Source: a virus. From it: a stretch of 64,000 nt of DNA. Below, one piece after another: positions 46,326-56,418 of the stretch. Position numbers and translations under genes: made by a program. A model generated the notes under the pieces. It was not told the DNA's origin. It ran no database searches and worked only from the letters and a program-made list of their open reading frames with translations. Position 1 is the first letter of the stretch. Each line of letters opens with the position of its first letter. Location of the stretch: IMG/VR virus record IMGVR_UViG_3300019758_000009, positions 15,800 through 79,799 of that record; one strand, written 5' to 3'.

Positions 46326-47711
46326 ATGGCAAGAAAAGAAGAATATAGCCCCTTAACGGCGGCGTTTTTATATGAATTATTCAATATGGCATTTAAAAAC
46401 ACATTAGTCGCCGGGATTGTGGCTACACACGTTAAAGAGCCATACTTACCATCAAAAGAATTTCAAGATATCCATAAAGCTATCGTGTCACACTTCAAAG
46501 CATACAAAGAAAACCCTTCTTATGGCAAGATGATGCAGAAGTTTAAAGATGACGAGGATATTGTTGATTTAGTAGCTGAAATTAGAGACACCGATTACGA
46601 AGGGACTGTAGACAGCTTGATAGATGATCTTGAAAAGTATGTAATAGACGTCTCATCTTCCCAGCTTTATGAAAAGTTCGGTTCCCTGTATGACAAAGGA
46701 GCTAAAGATTTAGCTCAGCAAGAAATGATCGAGCATGCAGAGTTCCTTAAATCATTCACACTTAAAGCTGAGTCATTTACTGAGGTTCTTTCAACATTCG
46801 AAGAAAGGCATACTGAGAACAAAATAAAAGCCCAAGCAGAAAGGGTCGCCGGAATAAGGCCTGTTACTCGATTTTATATTGATGACCTGGATGTCCTTAA
46901 TAATGGGAAGAACCTAAGAACGCAAGTAGCCTGTATACTCGCTAGCTCAGGAGTAGGTAAGTCACACGCTGCTAGGCACATAGGTAAAGCAGCTGCTGTT
47001 GATGGTCTTGATGTCCTACATCTACAGCTCGAAGGATCAAAAGACGAAGTTCTTGACGCGTACTCAGGCTCCTTGATCGAGGAAAATGCCAGCAGCTTTG
47101 AAAAGGCCCACATCACCAGCGGCCAAATGAAAGCCATCAAAGAACAACTTAAGGGGTATTCTGGAACAATCAGGGTCCGAGCTTTCCCAAGGTTTAACAA
47201 CCAGGTCAGCACAGTAGATGTTAGCAATGCTATTTCTGAGTACAGAAAATCAACTGGGAAGGTTCCAGATATACTTATTATTGACTCCATGGACCTATTG
47301 ACAGATGCATCTGGTAAGAACTGGAATGCTAGTGATGAACGCCATAAGCGCGTAGCAGTAGTTAACGACTTAAAAGATATCGCTGGCGATGAGAATTGCT
47401 TTATTGTAACAACCACACAGGCCAATATCAATGACAGGGAGTGGTTGAATGACCCTAAAAACGTTTTAACAGAATTTAACGCCGCCGAAGCTAAGGGTAT
47501 TGTAAGACCTTTAACGTGGCTTATTTCATTAAATCAAACAGCGGATGAGAGCAGTGGAGATAGCATGAGACTTCATGTAGCTAAGTCAAGATTTACAAAA
47601 AAAGGAGGTACATTCAAGATAGCTACAGATTTTGATCGAGAAATATTCTATGACAAAGTCAGAACGATAGACATTCAGCGCAGAAACGAACTAGCTGATC
47701 GAGAAAGGTAA
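46326..47711 (+). CDS. dnaB: DnaB-like replicative helicase
   Basis: ASSGVGKS, LQLE, IIDSMD, TTTQ.N and KSR. Confidence 0.88.
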   Translation: MARKEEYSPLTAAFLYELFNMAFKNTLVAGIVATHVKEPYLPSKEFQDIHKAIVSHFKAYKENPSYGKMMQKFKDDEDIVDLVAEIRDTDYEGTVDSLIDDLEKYVIDVSSSQLYEKFGSLYDKGAKDLAQQEMIEHAEFLKSFTLKAESFTEVLSTFEERHTENKIKAQAERVAGIRPVTRFYIDDLDVLNNGKNLRTQVACILASSGVGKSHAARHIGKAAAVDGLDVLHLQLEGSKDEVLDAYSGSLIEENASSFEKAHITSGQMKAIKEQLKGYSGTIRVRAFPRFNNQVSTVDVSNAISEYRKSTGKVPDILIIDSMDLLTDASGKNWNASDERHKRVAVVNDLKDIAGDENCFIVTTTQANINDREWLNDPKNVLTEFNAAEAKGIVRPLTWLISLNQTADESSGDSMRLHVAKSRFTKKGGTFKIATDFDREIFYDKVRTIDIQRRNELADRER

Positions 47712-47782
47712 AATTAATCCGGGGATCTACTTTGATTTCCGGATTTTTTGATTTATATTTGCATAAAATAAAAATGCAGCTT

Positions 47783-48841
47783 ATGAAGACATTAACAAAA
47801 GACGAGGAAGCAGTATTAATTCAAGAGCTAATTGTTGAGTTAAAGGGCAAAATAGATGGAGGGCACAAGAACATTGTATCGGCATGCCCTTATTGCGGTA
47901 AACCTGATAAGTTTGGCGTATTCATAGGTAAGGAGTATGCAAACAAAAAGAAATTTGCAGCCAACTGTTTTTCATGCGGTATGGGTGGTAGAGATTTAGC
48001 TAAATGGCTAAAAGATATAGACAGAGTAGACCTAATACCGGCAGCTACAACAGACATAGAAGCTCCTGTAACTCGCAAAAGTCTATTAACCAAAGAAGAT
48101 GATACCCTTGAAGTTGATGATGAGCTTTTTATAGCAGAACTTCCAGAGGGTTATAATCGGGTTTACAATTCTGATTACCTTGAAGAGAGAGGTTTTGAGG
48201 ATGATGATTACGACTTCTTTGAGGTAGGAGTATCCGATAACTTTAAGTTCAAGAACTATGTAATCTTTCCAGTTATTGACGAAGGCGATGTAGTTGGCTA
48301 TGTTTCGAGACATACATGGTCAAAAAAGAAGCTTGATCGATATAATAAAAGAGCAAAAAGAAATGATGAATTCCAGCTTTTAAGGTACAAGAACTCAACA
48401 GATAGCGTCGCTAATGACTTTGTAAAGCTCCTCTACAATATAGACAGCGTAATAAACGACGAAACAGACACAGTGGTGATAGTTGAGGGGATATTCGATG
48501 TAATCGCCCTAACAAGAACTCTTGATCTGTACGAAAACCCTCATATAGCTGTAGTGGCCACATTTGGTAAAAAAATATCAGACACTCAAATATACAAGCT
48601 TCAAGAAAAGGGTGTAAGAAATGTTGTAATTGGATATGATCCCGATGCTGTAAGCACAATAAAGGAGATATCACTAAAGCTAGATAAGTACTTCAACTGC
48701 CTAGTAGCAGACCTTAACGATGCCGATAAGGATTTTGATGACCTGGAGTTCTGGGAGGTGTTTGATATATTTTCCAACAACTTAATATCCCCTATTGATT
48801 ACAATATGACGAAAATTCAAAGAGGAAAGTTAAAGATATAG
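47783..48841 (+). CDS. DNA primase (zinc finger plus TOPRIM)
   Basis: CPYC..CFSC, YLEERG, VEGIFD and GYDPD. Start taken at CAGCTT-ATG 47783. Confidence 0.88.
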   Translation: MKTLTKDEEAVLIQELIVELKGKIDGGHKNIVSACPYCGKPDKFGVFIGKEYANKKKFAANCFSCGMGGRDLAKWLKDIDRVDLIPAATTDIEAPVTRKSLLTKEDDTLEVDDELFIAELPEGYNRVYNSDYLEERGFEDDDYDFFEVGVSDNFKFKNYVIFPVIDEGDVVGYVSRHTWSKKKLDRYNKRAKRNDEFQLLRYKNSTDSVANDFVKLLYNIDSVINDETDTVVIVEGIFDVIALTRTLDLYENPHIAVVATFGKKISDTQIYKLQEKGVRNVVIGYDPDAVSTIKEISLKLDKYFNCLVADLNDADKDFDDLEFWEVFDIFSNNLISPIDYNMTKIQRGKLKI

Positions 48842-48869
48842 TTGTGTATGTCATATATTATTTGTAAAA

Positions 48870-49415
48870 TTGTCAAAAATTAAATCTATGGAGCATAAAC
48901 TGAATATATTTATAAATAGCCAAGGAGGGGATGTGCTTGAGTCATATCGCCAACTAGACTCCATCCTCTCAGCGCCAGTCATAGGCCCCGTGGCCCTTAA
49001 CCCTCTGCCGGCATGGATGAATTATGGAACACCATCAGAAATTGACTTGGAGCTAACAGCCGTAAAGCTTTACCGACCAGCTGAAAGCGGGCCTCAATCA
49101 ATAATATCAAGATGGAAGCAAATGACTGGCTTTATATCGCCAGGACTTGTTGGTTCAACGTTCATTACACAGAAACATCCTACTATTACTATCCACCAAC
49201 CACCCCCTGGGCTTGATCACGGGGTGCGTGCGAGGGCTATGCTTCGAGATGAGGCCATCAAATTCAGCCTGAGAGAAAGTGACATTACTGATTTTAAGTA
49301 CGAAGAAAAAATCACATGTAACTCCACAAAAGGGGGATTTAATCACACATCTATACTGAAGCGAAGAACGAAAAACCGCACTGCTAAAGCTAGCCGCAAG
49401 CAAAATAGAAGATGA
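48870..49415 (+). CDS. Hypothetical protein
   Basis: ORF with a basic C-terminus ending KASRKQNRR. Confidence 0.5.
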   Translation: MSKIKSMEHKLNIFINSQGGDVLESYRQLDSILSAPVIGPVALNPLPAWMNYGTPSEIDLELTAVKLYRPAESGPQSIISRWKQMTGFISPGLVGSTFITQKHPTITIHQPPPGLDHGVRARAMLRDEAIKFSLRESDITDFKYEEKITCNSTKGGFNHTSILKRRTKNRTAKASRKQNRR

Positions 49416-49594
49416 TAGATGTAACTAAAAGACAACCATTTTGCAATAACTGTATTCATGCAAAAGAGATATCCTCAACAAGGAGAGGGGGTACTTCGTA
49501 TAAATGCAGTAAAATAGATTATAAGTTCAAGAGCTATTGGTTAAAGACAAGAGCTTCTGAGTGTAAACTTTTTAAAGACAAAAGAGATGAGTGA
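49412..49594 (+). CDS. Small Cys-rich protein
   Basis: CNNCIH...C...C, with ATGA-type overlaps to its neighbours. Confidence 0.5.
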   Translation: MIDVTKRQPFCNNCIHAKEISSTRRGGTSYKCSKIDYKFKSYWLKTRASECKLFKDKRDE

Positions 49595-51353
49595 TACTAT
49601 ACTAAGCTTTAAGGAAAAATTCGAAGCGTGGATGCTCGACAATATGATGGCTTACAAATTCGTGGAGGATGATATAATTGACATCCCTGAGTTTGGAAAG
49701 CTTTATTTTTTTGACAGCGAAGCGCAAGAAGGTGTATTTTCAGATAAAAACAAAAAAGGCGAAATGAATCTCGAACTACCTGTACCGGCAGGAGAGTTGA
49801 TTGACGATAATGTGTTTTACGCCATACTTAAATGGGGTAATGGGTTTTATTATACAGACCTGAGAGAAGATGTCACTCTTCAGCCCTTAAAGTATCTCGG
49901 TAAATGCGTTATCCCTAAGCCTAAGATTGACTATGTAAACCTCGGTATACATAGTCCATTTGAGCTTCTTGAAGGGTCATTTTTACCTAAAGAGTGGATA
50001 AAAAAAGCCAAATTCTTCGGCCACAACACCATTGGTATTTGCGATAAAAACACCATGGGAGGGACACTACCGCTTCAAAAGGCATGCAAGAAGGAGGATA
50101 TGGAATTTGTGTTTGGCTACTCCCTGGAAGTTAGGCTTCCAGAGCATGAAGAGCTGATGTTTGAGGGAAAGGTTTATTGCTCCACTGATGAGGGGTGGAG
50201 TAATATGCTGAGGATTCAAAAGGCCGTGATGGTTGATAACCACGAGGATCCCCATATATCTCTGGATGAATTACTGGACAGAGGTAAAGGAAATGTGTTT
50301 GTTTTTGATAAGTTATCATCAAAAGTAATAGATGACCACACTATAGAAAAGATCGAAAGAGCGTTCGATAAAATCTTCTACCAGCTTGACTTAACAGAGT
50401 ACAAGGCTGATAGGTTTGATAAAGAAGTTCTTGAGTCTATTGATGTTTATTTGAAAAAATGGAAAGATCAGATCCCCCCAGTTCTCATTTGTGATAACTA
50501 TTATCTTGACCACTCAGACGCTAAGAACAAGATAATATTAAACAAGATAGCCTCTGGGACAGCCAAAAAACAAAGTGACCAGCAGTACTATAAGCATATA
50601 TCTGAACATATATCCGTTATTAGGGATTTATTCAATGTTCATAATGGTGAAAATGCTGAACATATTGAGAATTATATGCTAGATTTGATCCACGAAAGTG
50701 CAAAAAACACATTTGTTATAGCCGATTTAGCTAAGGCTGAGATTGACACAGGAAGCATATACATGCCTGAGTATGAAATGAAACCCAGCGAAGTCACTAA
50801 GTATGGGGATAAGCACAGTATGTTTTTATCCTTATTAGACGAAGGTTTTGATAAGTTGGTGCCAAATGGCGTGGGTGATAAGTACACAGAACAGCTTGAC
50901 AGGGAGATATATATCATAGAATCAACTAACAATATTGACTACTTCTTAGTTACTTGGGATACCGTAAACTGGGCCAGGGAAAACGGCATTCAAATCGGTT
51001 CAGCCAGGGGGTCTGCTGGAGGGAGTTTAGTTTCATATTTGCTAGGTATCACAACTATTGACCCTATTACTTATGATCTGATATTTGAGCGATTCCTAAC
51101 TCCGGAGCGATGTGGTTTGCAGCCTCAGGATGTAACCATTGTAGGTGACGACGTAGAGGTTCTTAAAGGTGAAGACTATATATCCATAGAGACCGAAGAA
51201 GGTGTGCTGAATGTCCTCCCAGAGTCCGAGCTAATGATAAAGAGAGGAGATGAAACGATAGAAGTAAGGGCAGACGAGCTGGAAGAAGAGGATGAGATTG
51301 TTATCGACTCAAGAGATCAATTGTGGGAAATTAATAAGGTTATCATAAAATAA
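49587..51353 (+). CDS. dnaE: DNA polymerase III alpha, N-terminal subunit (PHP plus start of palm) ending in an intein-N-like segment
   Basis: HSPFELLEGS, YFLV.WD, GSARGSAGGSLVSYLLGIT.IDP and FERFLTPER. Confidence 0.92.
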   Translation: MSDTILSFKEKFEAWMLDNMMAYKFVEDDIIDIPEFGKLYFFDSEAQEGVFSDKNKKGEMNLELPVPAGELIDDNVFYAILKWGNGFYYTDLREDVTLQPLKYLGKCVIPKPKIDYVNLGIHSPFELLEGSFLPKEWIKKAKFFGHNTIGICDKNTMGGTLPLQKACKKEDMEFVFGYSLEVRLPEHEELMFEGKVYCSTDEGWSNMLRIQKAVMVDNHEDPHISLDELLDRGKGNVFVFDKLSSKVIDDHTIEKIERAFDKIFYQLDLTEYKADRFDKEVLESIDVYLKKWKDQIPPVLICDNYYLDHSDAKNKIILNKIASGTAKKQSDQQYYKHISEHISVIRDLFNVHNGENAEHIENYMLDLIHESAKNTFVIADLAKAEIDTGSIYMPEYEMKPSEVTKYGDKHSMFLSLLDEGFDKLVPNGVGDKYTEQLDREIYIIESTNNIDYFLVTWDTVNWARENGIQIGSARGSAGGSLVSYLLGITTIDPITYDLIFERFLTPERCGLQPQDVTIVGDDVEVLKGEDYISIETEEGVLNVLPESELMIKRGDETIEVRADELEEEDEIVIDSRDQLWEINKVIIK

Positions 51354-51360
51354 CAGTATC

Positions 51361-53562
51361 ATGAAAATAAAAACAGTAAAGAGAATTATAGCAAAAAAGC
51401 CTGTTGTTGTGACTGATATGTTAATAGACGAGGGGTTCCGGCCTGGAGGTCGAGTATCCCTTCCTGATATCGATATTGATTACGCATCAGATGGCAGATT
51501 AAAAGTCAAATCATACATAGAAGAAAGATACAACAGTGATGGCACTCAAAATGTCTTTTCTGCTGGAAACTTAACAACCTTGAAGATGAAAGCGGCCCTA
51601 AAAGATGTATGTAAGGTACATCGGGTACCGTATGCTTTAGCTAACTACACTACTGCAATGATCAAGGATGACGGTATGACATGGACAGGCTTATTTAAAG
51701 AGTGTATGGTTAACAAAAAAATGAAAAAGTTTGTTAATGACTACCCTAAGGCTATCGAGGATATTAGGTCCATCATGAACCAGCCAAGATCCACGTCTAT
51801 CCACGCTTCAGCTGTTATCGTAACACCTAAATTTAAAGATGGAAAACGAGTAGAATGTTTTGATTATCTGCCTTTAAGAATTATGGATGGATTGCTTGTT
51901 AGCGAGTTTGATGGTTATTCAGTGGAAGAGATTGGACTTCTAAAGAACGATGTATTGGCCACTAAAGAGCTAATGAAGATCAGAAATACTATTAATCTCG
52001 TAAATGAAAACTATCCATACAAAATCAAGGAAATGATGAGCCATGTAGAAGGAGAGGACATCCTAACTATGGAAGCTATACATACCAAGATGACAAACGA
52101 TAAAGGGGCGTTTTCGTTATTTAGTAACGGCTACACCCAGAACATCTTTCAGTTTTCAGGTAGAGGTATGACGAAATTTGTATCCGATATGGGGCTTGAT
52201 TCTATTGATGACATAACAGCAGCAAATGCCTTGTATAGGCCAGCAACTATTGATATAAAGGCCCACGAGGACTACATCAGGTATAAAAGAGGCGAAGCTA
52301 CACCTACCTATAACTGGGGGACGTATGATAGCACTTCAGAGACTCACGGTATTATGGCCTACCAAGAGCAGATGATGAGGATATCTCAAACAGTAGGGGG
52401 CTTTTCATTATCTAAAGCTGATGTATTAAGAAAGGCTATCGGTAAGAAGAATACCGAAATCATGGCATCACTAAAGCGGGATTTTATAGATGGAGCTGTA
52501 GCCAACCAGTGCCCTGTGGCAGAAGCTAAAGATATATGGCGCAAAATTGAATTGGCTGGAAGGTACTCTTTTAACAAGTCTCACGCAGCAGCGTACGGCC
52601 TAATCGCCTATGACGGGGCATGGCTGAAATCGAATTTCCCAACAGCATTTTATACTGTCGCCCTGCAATTTTGCAAGGATGAAGATATAAAGGTGCTTAT
52701 GGGAGAAATGAGTGAAATATCAAACTGTCAAATTGTGCCTCCAGACGTGAACGTTTCCGGTCTTGAGTTTTTCACAAACTATGACACGGATGAGATATTC
52801 TGGTCATTGTCTAGAATTAAGTTTGTCGGAGCTAAAGCCGTCAACTCCATAATTGAAGACAGAGTTGAGTTCGGTGCATTTACTAGCATTGAAGACTTTT
52901 ATATTCGAATGCAAGCTAGATCAGTAAGCGATAAGGCCGCCTCAATAAAAAACGGCGATAGGTACACAAATCCAGTGAACTCTAGGACTATAAAGAATAT
53001 GATACTAACTGGATGCTTTGATAATATCGAAAACACCAAAGAAGTTAGTGATAGGTTTTTTATTTTAGAGAAATTCTACACCTTAATAGGGGGAGAGATT
53101 GACACTGAAGACTTTCCAGGTGAAATGATAGACAAGCATTATTTCTGGTCTATGCTACAGGTTGAGCTCTCTGGATTAGGGTCTGTGGATTACCGAAGGA
53201 TATTCAACAACTCTAAATCGAGATTGGAAATGAAAAAGACCCCATATCTAAGCCTTAAGGATGCCCTAGATATGGAAAACGAAGGCAGGAGATGCGCTGT
53301 TTGTGCTACAGTTGTAGATATTTCTGAGAAGTCAGGAAAAACAAAGAAAGGAGACCCCTATTTATTTGGCAAGGTACAACTGCAGCAAAATAATGAAACT
53401 ATCGAATGCACTATTTGGAATGATACATGGATACAGAAAAAGCCATTACTAGCAGATGCTAAAGGTAAAGTGGTGGTAATAAATGGTAATTTGAAATATA
53501 ATTCATTCTCTAACGGCAACGCAATGACATGCGGGTCAAGTGTTGTTATTGAGATAATCTAA
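51361..53562 (+). CDS. dnaE: DNA polymerase III alpha, C-terminal subunit beginning with an intein-C-like segment
   Basis: SLPDIDID, SIHASAV, GLLKND.L, FQF, ALYRP, YQEQ.M, YSFNKSHA and a C-terminal OB fold. Confidence 0.93.
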   Translation: MKIKTVKRIIAKKPVVVTDMLIDEGFRPGGRVSLPDIDIDYASDGRLKVKSYIEERYNSDGTQNVFSAGNLTTLKMKAALKDVCKVHRVPYALANYTTAMIKDDGMTWTGLFKECMVNKKMKKFVNDYPKAIEDIRSIMNQPRSTSIHASAVIVTPKFKDGKRVECFDYLPLRIMDGLLVSEFDGYSVEEIGLLKNDVLATKELMKIRNTINLVNENYPYKIKEMMSHVEGEDILTMEAIHTKMTNDKGAFSLFSNGYTQNIFQFSGRGMTKFVSDMGLDSIDDITAANALYRPATIDIKAHEDYIRYKRGEATPTYNWGTYDSTSETHGIMAYQEQMMRISQTVGGFSLSKADVLRKAIGKKNTEIMASLKRDFIDGAVANQCPVAEAKDIWRKIELAGRYSFNKSHAAAYGLIAYDGAWLKSNFPTAFYTVALQFCKDEDIKVLMGEMSEISNCQIVPPDVNVSGLEFFTNYDTDEIFWSLSRIKFVGAKAVNSIIEDRVEFGAFTSIEDFYIRMQARSVSDKAASIKNGDRYTNPVNSRTIKNMILTGCFDNIENTKEVSDRFFILEKFYTLIGGEIDTEDFPGEMIDKHYFWSMLQVELSGLGSVDYRRIFNNSKSRLEMKKTPYLSLKDALDMENEGRRCAVCATVVDISEKSGKTKKGDPYLFGKVQLQQNNETIECTIWNDTWIQKKPLLADAKGKVVVINGNLKYNSFSNGNAMTCGSSVVIEII

Positions 53563-55328
53563 TGCGTATGGCAAAAAAAAGAAAGAATGCCACTACAGTA
53601 AGAAAACATCTATTTGAAGATGATATTGTAGTGTTGATGAGTATAAGGGGGATGGAGAGCAACACCTTTCCCCCTTTAAGCGGCACCGATCCAAAAGTAT
53701 ACAGACCAAGAACCACTCAGGCCGAATGGAAGAAAATCCTACAGGCCAGAAAGAAGGCGGTTAAAACGGAAGCAGAAGCCAAGGTTCCCGATGAAGCAGT
53801 AGAATTAATGCGGCGAGTTTTAAAAAACCAGTCATTAACTACCCAAAAGAAAGAACAGGTCTTAATTAAACATTTAGATGTGGACAGCGATACCCTGCAT
53901 AAATGGGCTGAAAAGCTAAAGCTACCAATGGCCAGTTCTGAGTTCGCCATCGCTAAATCACATCAGCTTAAAAAATCCAAGAGGTACATCATCTCTTCAG
54001 CTCAAAACGCATCGTCATGCAATGTGCCGTTTTTAAGAAACATAGAGGCGTATGCTAAGTTTATAAGTGCAGAGATCGGTATCATTGCTACCAGATACAA
54101 AAACCCAACATCCGTATGGCATAAACATGGGGAGTTTTGGGACAAAGAGGTTCATCCGTACTTAACGGCCAAAAGGCACACCCTACATAAACACCTGGAG
54201 TTACTAGCTGACCTTAAGGTTCAGGCTACAGCCCCTAACCCGACTAATGGGATAGAGTTGTTTGGCGATGAAAGATCATGCATTGTAGGGTCTCCAAGAA
54301 TAGAGATGAGATCACTGCCGGTGTTAGCTTCTGAACACCAGAAGTTTCTCTACTCTACAGGCACTGTCACTAGCCCGTCATTCACAGATACCGTTGCTGG
54401 AGGTAAAGCTAAAGAGCATCATACGTACGGTTTTATTGTAGTTGAGATTGAAAGCGATGAAATAATTCATATGAGATCGGTGTCGGCGCATTCAGATGGA
54501 TCCTTTCAGGATTTAACATTCAAAGTAGCTGATCAAAAAATATCTAGGTACAACGTAGATACCATGGTTCTTGGAGATATTCATTTCGCTCAAAAGGATG
54601 AGCGAGTTACTAATGCTAACCGCAAAATGATGCGAGATATGAGTATTAATACAGCTGTACTACACGACACCTGGGATAGTGAATCCATAAACGTTCACAA
54701 TGCTAATAACCCCGTTGTTCAGCACGAACTAGCTTTATCTGGCAAAGATGACCTACAGAAAGAAATCGACCAGCTATTCGATGAACTAAGCTGGTTTGGC
54801 CAGAATATAAAGAGAACCCTAGTTGTATCATCTAATCATGATGACATGCTGGATAGAGCTATGATTACCTATGACTGGAAAAGTAATATGAAAAACGCGA
54901 AGGTATTCGTGGAGCTTTTAGGCATAAAGCTATCAGGAGATGCAGAAGAGGGGTTGATACCATTCTTAATCAATGAATACTTTGATAATGTATACGCTTT
55001 AGGTAGAGAGGAATCGTACATGCTGCACGGCGTACAGGTTGGCCTACATGGGCACAGAGGGCCGAATGGAGCTAGAGGCAACATCAACGCCTTTTCCAGG
55101 TTACCAGTCAAGACGATAACCGGTCACTCGCATTCTCCAGCCATAAAATGGGGAGCCTATCAGGTTGGTATAGCATGCTCAATGAAGCATGGATACAATA
55201 TCGGACTATCAAGCTGGGCTTACGCAAATTGTTTGTTGAATGACCAAGGTAAGCGTCAAATGATCGTCTTAAACAAGGACACATTGACCTACACGACTCT
55301 TTTTAATCAATACCCTGAAAAGTTTTGA
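53562..55328 (+). CDS. Metallophosphoesterase-fold protein, T5 A1-like nuclease candidate
   Basis: GDIH, HD, SNHD, HGH and GHSH motifs, plus YIISSAQN. Confidence 0.6.
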   Translation: MRMAKKRKNATTVRKHLFEDDIVVLMSIRGMESNTFPPLSGTDPKVYRPRTTQAEWKKILQARKKAVKTEAEAKVPDEAVELMRRVLKNQSLTTQKKEQVLIKHLDVDSDTLHKWAEKLKLPMASSEFAIAKSHQLKKSKRYIISSAQNASSCNVPFLRNIEAYAKFISAEIGIIATRYKNPTSVWHKHGEFWDKEVHPYLTAKRHTLHKHLELLADLKVQATAPNPTNGIELFGDERSCIVGSPRIEMRSLPVLASEHQKFLYSTGTVTSPSFTDTVAGGKAKEHHTYGFIVVEIESDEIIHMRSVSAHSDGSFQDLTFKVADQKISRYNVDTMVLGDIHFAQKDERVTNANRKMMRDMSINTAVLHDTWDSESINVHNANNPVVQHELALSGKDDLQKEIDQLFDELSWFGQNIKRTLVVSSNHDDMLDRAMITYDWKSNMKNAKVFVELLGIKLSGDAEEGLIPFLINEYFDNVYALGREESYMLHGVQVGLHGHRGPNGARGNINAFSRLPVKTITGHSHSPAIKWGAYQVGIACSMKHGYNIGLSSWAYANCLLNDQGKRQMIVLNKDTLTYTTLFNQYPEKF

Positions 55329-55777
55329 TAATACGAAAAAAAGGACTTCAGAGACGCGCATGGGTCAATAAAAAGACTCGTGCGCAGTCCGAGAAGGAGA
55401 AATCTATGCATGATATGTATGACCACAAAGCCGTGGAAGACGAGGCATTCTGTACCGGATGTGGTCAGCTGCATAGTTTGACGCATTCACATATCATCTC
55501 CAGGAAAGAAAAGGAGCTTATGGATGACCCTAGAAACGTCACGTATCACTGTTCTACTATCTATGGCAGCAATGGCTGTTCAAACAGATGGGAAAACACC
55601 GGCGAGAGAGCCTTCCTTAATGATTATAAATCGAACATGCAATACATCCAAGAGGTAAGGCCCCGTCTGTTTGCGGATATGATTGTAAAAGATTATAGCT
55701 TCTTTAAAAAAAATCAGGATAAAGTTTGCCTAACTAAATTCTTTGATTATATTTGTACTGAATTTGAAAATTTGTAG
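55325..55777 (+). CDS. HNH-like / zinc-binding protein
   Basis: CTGC...HSHII...N...C...C. Confidence 0.5.
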   Translation: MIIRKKGLQRRAWVNKKTRAQSEKEKSMHDMYDHKAVEDEAFCTGCGQLHSLTHSHIISRKEKELMDDPRNVTYHCSTIYGSNGCSNRWENTGERAFLNDYKSNMQYIQEVRPRLFADMIVKDYSFFKKNQDKVCLTKFFDYICTEFENL

Positions 55778-55815
55778 AATTCGCCATATGGCTTACAAAT
55801 AAAAATAAATAACGT

Positions 55816-56415
55816 ATGAAAAAATTATCTAGACCAGAAGCGGCTGTAACCGCTTTTAAAATTGTTTTAGGGAAAGATATCAACGAAGATATCATAGGGG
55901 GTTATTACAATAATGTTGTAAACTCAAAGGCCATGTTTAATCATGTGTCTTCTTTTATAGATACCGATATCGTCACTCCAGACGCAATTATCGCAGCCGC
56001 TAACACCCTTATTCCCGTCATCATAGACCAAGACGCTAAACGCGTTGAAAAGGAAAAAATTGAAGCGCCATTCGCTCTACAGGTAGAGGAGACGGTCAAA
56101 ATGGTATTTGTAAAGAACACAGGCATCTCTACTGATGTAGTGTCTATATCAGGCTATCCTATAAGCCCATTACTTGAAGGAGTTTGGAGGAAAGTCCGGG
56201 AGATAGCTTCAAGCACCTCTGGAGTGCGACCTTCTAGCGTTTTCCTTCACAGCTCATTGTTTAGCGACTTAGGTATGGACAGCTTGGATTATGTTGAATT
56301 CTTAATGAACTGTGAGTCAGAATTCAGAGTGTCACTAGCTGCCCATGAGGAAGGTGATAATGTCCTTGCTGTATGCGAGGCAATATGTAGAGAACTTACA
56401 AACAAAAACAAATAG
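55816..56415 (+). CDS. Protein with a C-terminal acyl-carrier (phosphopantetheine-binding) domain
   Basis: VREI...LFSDLGMDSLDYVEFLMNCESEFRV. Confidence 0.75.
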   Translation: MKKLSRPEAAVTAFKIVLGKDINEDIIGGYYNNVVNSKAMFNHVSSFIDTDIVTPDAIIAAANTLIPVIIDQDAKRVEKEKIEAPFALQVEETVKMVFVKNTGISTDVVSISGYPISPLLEGVWRKVREIASSTSGVRPSSVFLHSSLFSDLGMDSLDYVEFLMNCESEFRVSLAAHEEGDNVLAVCEAICRELTNKNK

Positions 56416-56418
56416 CGT

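Noticed and set aside
51111-51459. Canonical active split intein, or a sequencing frameshift in dnaE
   Set aside because: The catalytic TxxH and terminal HN are missing, so it cannot be called active. A clean stop, a 7-nt gap, a new ATG and extra sequence on both sides argue against a simple error.
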